Source: Octopus bimaculoides
Taxonomy: Eukaryota
NCBI RefSeq assembly: GCF_001194135.2
Contig: NC_068991.1
Location: 36,757,912-36,802,508 of the forward strand
Direction of reading: 5' to 3'
Length of the DNA: 44,597 nt
Shown: one piece after another, positions 34,461 to 44,597 of the stretch
Numbering within the stretch: position 1 is the stretch's first letter
Layout: every line of letters begins with the position of its first letter
Translations under genes and position numbers: made by a program
Notes under the pieces: generated by a model
Database searches by the model: none
What the model was told of the DNA's origin: nothing
The model's input: only the letters and a program-made list of their open reading frames with translations

Positions 34461-34757
34461 TGATATATGTTTCCTCCAACAAAGTATTGTTAATCTTCTA
34501 CAAATACTATAAATGTATAAGTATTTTTAGAGAAAGATGACTGTAATATTGAGATATTTCCGTATCGCAAGTGGATCGAAGTATGCTGTTATTTTAGCTC
34601 ATCAGATACTTAGAGCTTACTCTTTAGTATAACAGTGCTTACCACACAAAAAATATTACATTATTTTCAAATTTTATTGGATGGAGTAGCCTCCATTGTT
34701 ATGCGTGTCTTTTGCATAATTTAGTTTGCATATGTTTGTCATTCTGTGTGTCTATGT

Positions 34758-34808
<51 letters not shown>

Positions 34809-34969
34809 CGTGCGTGGGTGATGGGTCCTCCATATGTAGCGAAGGTCATTAAAATTGTGTTTAAAGAAATAGGATAGTTTTGATGTATTCTTATTTTGTT
34901 TAAGTTTTTCTAATGGTTTCCCTCCAGTTCTCTTCTCCTCTCCTCTCACGTATGTTCCTTCACCTTCAG

Positions 34970-35003
34970 ATGGAAGTTGCAGAAAAATGAAGAGCCATCA
35001 TTA
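34970..35003 (+). other. candidate 34-nt internal exon (unsupported by homology)
   Basis: Long pyrimidine tract ending CCTTCAG at 34969, GTGAGT donor at 35004. Open as (x)WKLQKNEEPSL or (x)GSCRKMKSHH. Confidence 0.25.
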
Positions 35004-35410
35004 GTGAGTTTCCAGCGTAAAAGTGGAAGTGATTATGGTTTCTGAAATGTTTCCTCTCTTTTTATTATTTTTTTTTTTTCCTATTTGAGACCTTTAACAG
35101 TATTTTGAGGTAAACACTCTAACATAACATGAAGATCAAGTGAAATCAAAATAAGACCCAACGGTTGACTTACTCACTTTCTATATGCTTTATGGATCAA
35201 TATTGTTTATGTTTACTGAACATGCCTGTGGTGTGGATTGAAATATATACATACAGTGCAGAAAATGCGGAATAGATAGGACAATTAAACACATTATTGG
35301 CAGCTGGTACGTACATATGACTTACTTCGAAGGACACCGTATTTTTCTCTGTGGTGTAACTCTATATTTAGTAGCTATTTAAACAATGAGTTTGTGGGTG
35401 GTTAATGGGT

Positions 35411-35465
35411 TGGATGTGGTGCTGATGAAGAAGCAAGAACTCCTGAAATATGGCATTTACATCCA
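35411..35465 (+). ncRNA. degenerate type I hammerhead-like motif
   Basis: UGGAUGU(GGUG)-CUGAUGA-AGAAG(CAAGAA)CUCCU-GAAA-UAUGGC-(AUUU)ACAUCCA. Intact core and 7-bp distal stem I; cleavage triplet degenerate. Confidence 0.35.
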
Positions 35466-35981
35466 TTACCTAGTTTTCTATCTTCGATCTGATTGTTTGT
35501 TTACATTAGGCGTATTCAGATACGAAACGTCGTAATAAATTAGTGTTGGCTATAATATCTATGGAAAGTTTTTAGAAATAACCTTAAAAGTTATTTAATA
35601 GCACTGCTAACACTGTAGGACGGTAGTATATTATGGTTACATAACGAAATACAGCGTCCCTACAAGTAATTAATATGCCAGGAAAGTGTTATGCTGCTAT
35701 ATTTGATATATAGGAAAACAAGAATGATATGTATCAGAAGCAACCTCATTACACACACACACATACATATACGCATATGTGTAAAGGCATATATACACGT
35801 ATACATTATGTATATAAGAGGGAGCATGTATAGACGTGTGTGTATGTGTGTGTGTACGCGCGTGTACATATACATGGTTGGCAAGTGAAAGCGTATTGTG
35901 GAATAAAAGAAACCTTTCGATCAGTCTACATGTGTTTGGAGCATATTTCATCTATAAAAGGCCATTTTCTCTGCAGTTTGC

Positions 35982-36310
35982 TATGGAGAAAACTTCTCAC
36001 GTTTGGCAAAATGCGTAAAACACCAGTCATTCCGGAGCTCCTCCTATGGATTTCGAGCTCTTTATGCTCTTATCCATATTAGATACCGAGTGAAACAATT
36101 CCTAAATGACTGGGAGTTTTCGCTTCTTTATACGAAGTCGGTAGAAATCACCTGACGTGTATGTTTGGGACATATTTTACCTGTGGAAAGATCATTTTCA
36201 TAGCTGTTTGCCATTGTAGTAGGTTGGCGACCACAGCAGCTTGTAGCTTCCATAGGGAATGGTTTTCATGTTTTACACCTTTTGCTTAAAGCGAAGAGTT
36301 TTCTCCATGG
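35982..36310. mobile_element. possible MITE with ~45-bp imperfect terminal inverted repeats
   Basis: ATGGAGAAAACTTCTCACGTTTGGCAAAATGCGTAAAACA vs reverse complement of TGTTTTACACCTTTTGCTTAAAGCGAAGAGTTTTCTCCAT. Confidence 0.5.
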
Positions 36311-36331
36311 GGAATTACATTTACATATTAT

Positions 36332-36376
<45 letters not shown>

Positions 36377-37199
36377 ACTTTATGTTTATAGTTGTATGCA
36401 TATATATCAGTCAGTATGCATGTGTATATGATCACTGAATGGCACACGCATGCCCCCCCCCAGACACACATGCACCACCACACGCATGCAATCATCTTTG
36501 AATCCCAGTCGATATCGGTNNNNNNNNNNNNNNNNNNNNNNNNNNNNNNNNNNNNNNNNNNNNNNNNNNNNNNNNNNNNNNNNNNNNNNNNNNNNNNNNN
36601 NNNNNNNNNNNNNNNNNNNNNNNNNNNNNNNNNNNNNNNNNNNNNNNNNNNNNNNNNNNNNNNNNNNNNNNNNNNNNNNNNNNNNNNNNNNNNNNNNNNN
36701 NNNNNNNNNNNNNNNNNNNNNNNNNNNNNNNNNNNNNNNNNNNNNNNNNNNNNNNNNNNNNNNNNNNNNNNNNNNNNNNNNNNNNNNNNNNNNNNNNNNN
36801 NNNNNNNNNNNNNNNGGTGGTTTGTGGTGGTTGTGGTGGTGGTGGTGGTGGTGGTGGTGGAGGAGGAGGAGGAGGAGGAGGAGACAACTTTGGTTTCTTA
36901 AAAACAAGGATGCTGGAATGGTTAGAAAGTAAAAAACCTACGAGTTAGTTTCCCCAATTGCCACAACAACCGAACTTTTATAGATGAGAACGTATTGTCC
37001 ATTGTATCACATATAGAAGGATGGGGTTCTGAGGATTAGAATGGGAGCGAACATAGTGCTAAGGATTATGAATTTGTATTCTTATTCTCATGAGTCTGAG
37101 AAATCAAGGCCCTCTAGAAAACAGAAATATATGGATGCAAACACTATTTCATCTTTTCATTAAAATGGAAGAGCCCCCTAAATTAAATTATTATCTTTA

Positions 37200-37512
37200 T
37201 TTTACCTGTCTTTACTTATGGAGCACCACCTGAAGGGTTTTAGACGGACTAAACAGCCTTATATCTACTTATATCTATCAAAGTCCGGTACTTATCCTAT
37301 CTGTCTCTTAAGCCGAACCGCTAAGTTAGGATGACGTAAAGAAACCAGTACCGGTTGTCAAGCGGTAGTGGTAGGAGACAAACACAAACAAGAAAATTTT
37401 GGTCAACCCAAGGCTATAGTAAAAGACATATGCCTAGGGTGCCAAGGAAGGGGTCTGAACCTGGAACCAAATGGCTGGGAAGCAAACTTTTTACCATACA
37501 GCCACGTCTGCG
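37200..37512 (-). mobile_element. SINE family A, decayed
   Basis: GCCGAACCGCTAAGTTA, GGTTGTCAAGCGG, AGGCTATAGTAAAAGACA, CTGAACCTGGAACC..GGGAAGCAAACTTTTTACC. Confidence 0.8.
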
Positions 37513-37695
37513 GCTATATTGGAACCTAGTATAGGGTTTGGTTGATATTTAACAGTTTGAGGAGCACTTGTTGAATGAATCCAACAACACCGATATATAA
37601 CTAGTCCTTTATTTTATCGACAGTTGGGAAATAATAAACGTTATTCACGATGGTATCGGTTGCCAAAGGCAACGAAGGTGCGTTTGAATAGGAGA

Positions 37696-37716
37696 GGGTC
37701 AAAGGTCAACCACCTG
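37696..37716 (+). promoter_or_regulatory. perfect DR1 nuclear-receptor element plus adjacent E-box
   Basis: GGGTCA-A-AGGTCA (37696-37708) and CACCTG (37711-37716) in non-repeat sequence. Confidence 0.35.
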
Positions 37717-38059
37717 TCGGTCTAGGTGACACTCCTTTGAAGTGTGTCACAGATTAAACTCTCAATTGCACAAGTAAAGGAAACACTACCACCAACACAC
37801 ACACGAGTATGCACACAATCCGTAGTGGGTGGTGGTATGGTGATTGTAATGGCGGCGGAGGAGGAGTTAATGGTTGTGGAAATGGTGATAATGGGGTGGG
37901 TGGTACTGTGACAAATTTTTTAAACGTTCAGATCTTAATATATGTGAAGTTGATGATGGTAGTGAAGGAAACGGTGGTGGTGGTGGGGTGAAAAGGAATG
38001 TGGTAGCTTGAGAGTGTCACAATATATTAGGCGAACACCAAATTGTTGTTTGAATGTTA

Positions 38060-39420
38060 TATTAGGATTGAGCCAGAGAAAAGAAGTTATACGAATAAGT
38101 TATTAGAACTCTGGAAAATATCTATATGAAGAGCTGAAGGATGTGAATGAACAAAGATACAGGAGCACGTTGGGAGATATTCAAGCCGGAGTTGGTAAGA
38201 TGAAAAGTTGGAAAACAGTTGGCCCGGACAGAGTTAAGGGATTTTGGTTCAAGGTTTTGACAAATTTACATCCAAAACTACAAAAATTCCAGCAAGCTGT
38301 GTGCACCAAGGAATTGTACCAGAAGGGATGGTTAAAGGAAAAATTGTGTTGATTCAGAAGGACCCAGCCAAGGGTGTCGTGGCCAGTAACTATCGTTCGA
38401 TTGCTTGTTTATCTATAATGCGAAAGCTTCTAACTGGGATAATGAGAAAGAAATTGTATAACCACTTGTAAGAAATGAACTGCTAGAGGATGAACAGGAA
38501 GGCTACGGGAAAGATCACGAGGTAAAATGATCAGGTGCTGATTTATAAGGGAACTCTTAGGAAATGTCCACGAAGGTTGAGAAGCCTGTCAATGGCTTAG
38601 ATGACTGTCAGAAGGCATATGATATGGTTCCCCGCGCGTGGATTCTGAAATGCTTGGAGACGGCAGCTAAGAATATCATTTATTTATTGACAAACAGTAT
38701 GAGAAGCTGGAAGACAGCTTTGACTGCAGGAAGAAGAGAAATTAGACAAATCTATATCAAGAAGGGAATCTTTCAAGGAGACTCGGTGCCACCCTTACTG
38801 TTCATTGTTTGTATGTTACTACTCTCCATAGTTCTGTAAAACATAGGAGTTAGTTACAAACTGCTGGAAAACATGATACCAAACAATTGCCTGCTATTCA
38901 TAGATGATTTGAAGCTTTATGTAGCTAGAAGTCAGTCACGAAATCCAGATGCCACTTGGTATAGAGAAATGTGCTGTTATTGAACTGAGGAGAGGGCGAA
39001 AAGTAGACAGCTGTGGAATACAATTTCCAGATGATGATCGGAAAAGAGAAGTGAACGGAGAAGATTAGAAGTATCTTAGTGTTTTACATTTAGGCCAGAT
39101 GATGAACACCAAGATGGAGAATTTTTCTTCTAAATATACCAGCTCTGTAAATCTAAGCTGATTTCAAGCATCAACGCGTGGGTTGTAGGCATGATACGTT
39201 ACTACGCAGGTATTGTGGAATCGACAAAGGAAGATCTGGTCAACATGGATCGAAAAAGTATGAAGATAATGGATATCTTCATATTAGAAGTAACATCGCA
39301 AGGCTATACTTACCTAGGAAGGAAGGTGGAAGCGGACTGATTGAAATAGAAGATAGTGTTTTGAAGGAGGACAAATCCTTGCATACCTATCGAATGAATA
39401 GTGATAAAAGGATGTCGCAG
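38060..39420 (+). mobile_element. decayed reverse-transcriptase region of an R4/Dong-like (RLE-clade) non-LTR retrotransposon
   Basis: WKTVGPDRVKGFWFK, NYRSIACL, DCQKAYDMVP, GIFQGDSVPPLLF (QGD 38774-38782), LLFIDDLKLY (~38891-38920), INAWVVGMIRY, RLYLPRKEGGSGL. Multiple frameshifts and stops. Confidence 0.92.
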
Positions 39421-40419
39421 AATGCACTGAAGATTGAGTGCATTGAGACCCTGGAAGTTCACCACTCCAACTCCTTGTGCTTTGAAGTGAGTGGGATGAA
39501 TAATTCATGGATGAATATCTTCGTTCTCAGAACATACTCTTATTTACCGAACTAATGCTTGACATAAGTATTTATCTGTTTATACATGTTTTTCTTTATA
39601 TATTCAGTTTAAATACATTATAGACTTGTTATGCAGATATGCAAAGTTGAAGTGGAAATCCAACAAAACCCATTAGATTTTCATTTTATATTGTCTTTCA
39701 CGACGGATTTGTTTATCTGCCTAAAAATATAGTTTAAAAATTGCAAACACATATTTACCATCCTATTTTATCCATTACTGAAAGTGTAGCTATTTCTAAC
39801 TTCATATAAATTGTTCATAACAATTTACGGGATCTTTTCAAGATGTCTGTCATGAGGCAATTGATGGTGAAGTGCAGCTGGATAACTGTTCAGAAAATTG
39901 TTTCTAAATGTTGCTCTTGCTACGTAGCTCCGGCCCGGCCCATCAATTTGGCATATGATGCATAAGCTATCAGTGTAATAGGCAGGCACAATCAACAGAT
40001 GCAGTCCGCCAGACCTCTCACTTTATTATTGAAGACTACCGTGTGTTCCTGTCTTTGAATGATCCATCTATGCAGTGTATTTCTCTAGCCTTGTGTGTTT
40101 TGTTTGCTATATTTGAATATAATCAGATATCTTCGGTATGAGAGTGACATAGAGCCCTCTGAAATCATCTCTGATGTTGTGTATCCCAACACTTTGTTTG
40201 GAATTAATGGGATTATGGATGCTACTGATATTATTAATATATACGTGAAACACTGTCTGAGGTGCTGAGGTGTTGTTCAAGTATCTGATCATTTAATGAG
40301 AACTGAGTATGAAATGGCGGAGACTGTAAGGGTTCGAGGTTGTTGCAGTCACAAACTCCACCTCTCGTATGTCCTGGCAACCTTAGAGATTTACTTTGTT
40401 GTCTATATAGGCGCCAGCT

Positions 40420-40584
40420 GATTAGATCGACCCCAGTACACAACTGGTACTTAATTTATCGATCCCGAAAGGATGAAAGGCAAAGTCAACCTTGGCGGAA
40501 TTTGAACCCCCAACGTAAAAATAGACGAAATACTGCTAAGCATTTCGCCCAGCGTGCTAACGTTTGTGCCAGCTCACCGCCTTA
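40420..40584 (-). mobile_element. SINE family B
   Basis: ATCGACCCCAGTACACAACTGGTACTTAATTTATCGATCCCGAAAGGATGAAAGGCAAAGTC...GCCAGCTCACCGCCTT. Confidence 0.9.
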
Positions 40585-41839
40585 TTTTGTTGTCTATATT
40601 GACAGTAACATTAAGTTGTTTCTACTGGATTGGATTGATGTTGCATTTGAAACTCCCATACATTTTGTTTCTGATTAGAGTAAAAATTTGTTTAGTATGT
40701 ACATTTACCACTAATTGTACTCTCGGCAAAGCAATTCAGCAGCGACAGCCGGATACTTTCGCGAAAATAAAAGCATTATCATTCTGTATATTCAAGTAGA
40801 TTAATATAGAAATAAACATTTTTGGAATGATCTAGAAATGCTTGAATATTTGTTTACTAACATTTTATTTTGAATATTTATTTACATACTTACCTATTTA
40901 CATTACAATTCTTCCCTTTCATATTTGCATATCTATTTTGTATATTCGTAAACCGCTTTGTAAAATGGCCAAGAGTATTCGAGGTCAACCGAGTCTACCA
41001 CAGGCAATGATCAAAGGTAATACTAGACTTAACATGCAAAGCCTATAATGCCGTACTAATCGGAGGAGATTAATATTTGACCCAACAATTGAAAGCCATT
41101 GTAACACAGAGCTGTCAGAGTGCTACTTGTGAAAGTAGGTTGTCAATATCTCTTCCCTTTTGCCACTGTTATTGAGTTTCTCCCGTTGTGAGAAAGGAAA
41201 TTCTTACAAGAAGCTTGTCATTCAAGGGGCTTTCTCTTTTGTTAAGACATATCGGGAAATTGCCAATACTTGTTTGTTATACGTGTAAGTGTTGAAACAG
41301 CTTGAAAATGAGGACGTGTATAAATAAATAATAAACAAAAGATACAAAAGCAGGAAGACTGTATCTGAAATACAAAAGGATACACTACTGCCACAGACAG
41401 ATATCTAAGATGTAGGAGAATATGCCATAATCAATGATAGATATCGGCAATGCATTTGCTTATAACTGAAGAACGTAAAACAAAGACGTTGAGTTACGTT
41501 CCTTTATTGTCCCAATACAAAAGTATACAAAAATACGTGGTAAAAAATGTCTAATGCGCGTTGCTGTATCATACCTGTGCGCTTATGCATGTGTGTATGT
41601 GTGTGTATGTGTGTGTTTGTGTCCGTGTATATAATGAGAGAGAAAAGGGGAGTAGAGAAGCTGGAGAGAGAGAAAAAGGGAAAGTATTCGTGCCTCCTTT
41701 AAGTAAGCTTACTCGACTTCTCTCCTCACTTCTGTATTATATTTACTATACATAACTGATGTTAATTTGTTAGAAACCGTTTACATTTTTCTTGAAAGAT
41801 TACTTATAAATAAAAAGAAACATATGCACGTATACACAA

Positions 41840-41899
<60 letters not shown>

Positions 41900-41931
41900 A
41901 ATATATATGTATGAGTGAATACATATAAGTA

Positions 41932-42372
41932 TGTGACGTCATGTGAGGGTAACGTCATGCCGCCCTACATCTTTGAACACGGCTTTAGGCTCAAATCAGA
42001 TGTCTATGTCAAGTTGCTGGAGACTAGTTAATCTCTGGCTGAAAAGGGTTGCTGCTGGAACGCTATATCTGTGGCAGCAGCATTAGCTTTCTTAGTATAC
42101 CCTCGGAAAGAGTTAGTGGTTGTCGGAGAATTTTTACAGCCTCGCCAGTCCTAATTTCTGGCCTCTTAATTCCCTTGATTATAATCCAATAGATTACTAT
42201 GTGGAGAACGGTCGACAAACATCAACCGCTCTAACTGCTGCACGAGGGCCGAGTTGGGGGCTAATATCAAGAAGATGGTCGAAAATCTTCCCGAGAACAC
42301 AGTGAAGAGCGCATGCACCAAGTTCCGGAGACGTGTTGAGGCCGTGGTGAAAGCTGGGGGTGGCTATTTTGA
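41932..42372 (+). mobile_element. DD37D (maT) transposase catalytic-domain fragment
   Basis: GNVMPPYIFEHGFRLKSDVYVKLLE..WLKRVAAG..YLWQQ..WLSENF...FWPLNSLDYNPIDYY...ACTKFRRRVEAVVKAGGGYFE. Confidence 0.85.
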
Positions 42373-42489
42373 GGCTATCTCCCAGCCATAATCTAGTTGA
42401 TACGTTTTGATGTGCTTAAATACTTTTAGTTTTGGATGGGATACTGTGTTTCCTTCTCTTTTTATGCACAGTCATCATTCCTTCATCAG

Positions 42490-42790
42490 ACCGTCCTTAT
42501 TGCACGGATCGCTGTGACTCGTCCTCTCCAGTCTCTTCGGTCAACCTTTCTCTATGCACTAGGAGTACTCAAACAGTTGCTCTATGTAGGTTCGAGGTGG
42601 TCTACAAAGATTTGTGTAGCCAAAGTAGAATGTCGTTGATGATCGCATTCTTTGCTGTCCTGCGAATCTTGTTCTTCTTTCTCTGATGAATTGTGATATT
42701 CGTCGTAAAATACGATACAGAAGCTCTGTCGTAGTGTTGACTCCAGATGTTAGATAAGCAAGTCCTTTTCCTTTTATGAAAACTTCCAAA
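42490..42790 (-). mobile_element. 3' end of an RTE-clade LINE, decayed
   Basis: TTELLYRILRRISQFIRERRTRFAG...RPPRTYIEQL resembles RTE C-terminal LYG.LP.IS..IRERRLRFAGH..GRPARTYIDQL. Confidence 0.75.
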
Positions 42791-44189
42791 TTTAAACCGA
42801 ACACTCCGTATATATGGACACGCGCGCGCGCATACACGCACACACACGCTCGCACACATAGACATATACGCAACCTTATCCTGCTTTACGGTAGATTTGT
42901 TATGCGAGTAAATCAAATTTTATGAGATATTTTCATTGCTAATAATAATTTAAAAAGAAAGAAGCACGGAGCATATGTTCAAATACCTATTAAAATGAGG
43001 ATAATAAAAGCGATTATCGTGTATATACAGGTAGACGTAGGTATGCACATACCTGTACGTATATATGCATATACTCATTTATTATTTGTTTTACATGATC
43101 GAACGCCTGCGTCATCCCTGTTGTAAGTAGTTTTTTCAAATTTATACTTTCTGACGCGACTCTATCTCTTTCTCTATCACTTTTCCCCCTCTCGCTCTTC
43201 CTCTGTTACTACTACGTATCTCTCTTTACCCCTCTCGTTCTTCCTTATGTTACTACTATATTTCTCTCTTCCTCTCTTTCTCTCGTTGCTCACCTATTCT
43301 TCTACATATACTCATTCATTATTTGTTATATATATATATATNNNNNNNNNNNNNNNNNNNNNNNNNNNNNNNNNNNNNNNNNNNNNNNNNNNNNNNNNNN
43401 NNNNNNNNNNNNNNNNNNNNNNNNNNNNNNNNNNNNNNNNNNNNNNNNNNNNNNNNNNNNNNNNNNNNNNNNNNNNNNNNNNNNNNNNNNNNNNNNNNNN
43501 NNNNNNNNNNNNNNNNNNNNNNNNNNNNNNNNNNNNNNNNNNNNNNNNNNNNNNNNNNNNNNNNNNNNNNNNNNNNNNNNNNNNNNNNNNNNNNNNNNNN
43601 NNNNNNNNNNNNNNNNNNNNNNNNNNNNNNNNNNNNNNNNNNNNNNNNNNNNNNNNNNNNNNNNNNNNNNNNNNNNNNNNNNNNNNNNNNNNNNNNNNNN
43701 NNNNNNNNNNNNNNNNNNNNNNNNNNNNNNNNNNNNNNNNNNNNNNNNNNNNNNNNNNNNNNNNNNNNNNNNNNNNNNNNNNNNNNNNNNNNNNNNNNNN
43801 NNNNNNNNNNNNNNNNNNNNNNNNNNNNNNNNNNNNNNNNNNNNNNNNNNNNNNNNNGTACAAACATATATGTCTGTGTGCATGTGTATGTATATATATT
43901 TATATATATGTATGTATGTATGTATATATAAATATATATATGTGTGTGTGTGTGTATGAACGTATATATAAATGTGTATGTGTGTGCGTGTGTAGCTGTG
44001 TTCTGTTATCGGTGGTCTCAACAAAAATAGTAGTTCATCTAATGAGAGATAAATATCATTTGATATACATAGGGTATACATAGGATATAAGTTTGAGTTA
44101 ATATTAGTTTCATGCCTCGGAAAATATAATGGTCGGACAAGATTGCACACTGCACCCCATGTTTGCAAGCCGGAAGTTGTTGTTGACAA

Positions 44190-44597
44190 ACAACAATAGT
44201 AATTTTATTCAGCTGAATACACGTCATTGATTGGTTGAAATTACCGAAACACGACAACTGTAACACGAAATAACTTTGAAAATAAAACTTTTCTCAACAA
44301 CAGTAAGAGTAAAAGATGTTTTATATGACACATTCTACCAGTGTCCGAAGTTTGAAAGTGTTTAGTTGCAAAAAATTAAGTTCTCGATCTGCCGTTGAAA
44401 GGGAAAAGATCCAGTAATAATACTACTTGAAGATTGTTTTACGTATTTTTCGCGCATTTAGCTTATATAATAAATCTTTTCATTTTGAATATTTTCTTAA
44501 AAGATTAGCACCACGACACACGTCTTGATGAATTTTATCATATGAGCTAAACAAAAACAAAATTTTTACACAAAAACAAAATGTTTAGGTTTTGAAT
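44190..44597. mobile_element. probable interspersed repeat (non-autonomous DNA element fragment), unclassified
   Basis: ATTTTATTCAGCTGAATACACGTCATTGATTGGTTGAAATTACCG...CAGTGTCCGAAGTTTGAAAGTGTTTAG resembles a repeat I recall from octopus DNA. No terminal structure visible in this window. Confidence 0.3.

Larger units (their letters stand above)
2740..43857. other. 13 assembly gaps (Ns)
   Basis: 2740-2839, 3945-4495, 6460-6940, 7995-8248, 9878-10019, 14942-15053, 17990-18494, 20088-20202, 20607-20616, 29853-30529, 33173-33377, 36520-36815, 43342-43857. Most are flanked by (TA)n or other simple repeats. Confidence 0.98.

Noticed and set aside
42470-42500. CTGATGA on the minus strand
   Set aside because: No GAAA or stem II follows; it lies in the RTE 3' tail.
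2660-44189. Long ORFs in the track (e.g. 3623-4534, 17805-18704, 29816-30952 N-terminal part, 43247-44083)
   Set aside because: They are open only because they run through N gaps or dinucleotide repeats (poly-YI, VC, HT). Only the transposase-derived segments are real coding remnants.
1-44597. CRISPR array, prokaryotic operon or phage system
   Set aside because: No regularly spaced repeat-spacer structure and no gene-dense coding. The sequence is eukaryotic repeat-rich DNA.

Overview
AT-rich, repeat-saturated metazoan genomic DNA from a gapped short-read assembly: 13 N-gaps, about 4 kb in total, most flanked by microsatellite. The SINE families and extreme microsatellite density look like a coleoid cephalopod (Octopus); this rests on remembered family consensus, not a search. 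I find no intact protein-coding gene. Almost every ORF in the track is an artefact of Ns or microsatellites, or a piece of a decayed transposon. The window holds about 17 tRNA-derived SINE copies in four families (labelled A-D here), two DD34D mariner remnants, two DD37D maT remnants, fragments of non-LTR retrotransposons (HERO-like RLE, R4/Dong-like RT and RLE, CR1/L2-like APE, RTE) and Penelope-like GIY-YIG remnants. It also holds several foldback/MITE elements including an ~850-bp palindrome, a tRNA-Leu pseudogene lacking its T-arm, and a 270-bp tandem unit carrying a tRNA-Gly-like sequence. The most interesting unannotated signal is a set of six minimal hammerhead-ribozyme-like motifs of the Penelope/retrozyme type. 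The best one (12007-12049, minus) carries a compensatory U3-A8 core pair. Two weak exon candidates and a perfect DR1 nuclear-receptor site lie in the few unique stretches.
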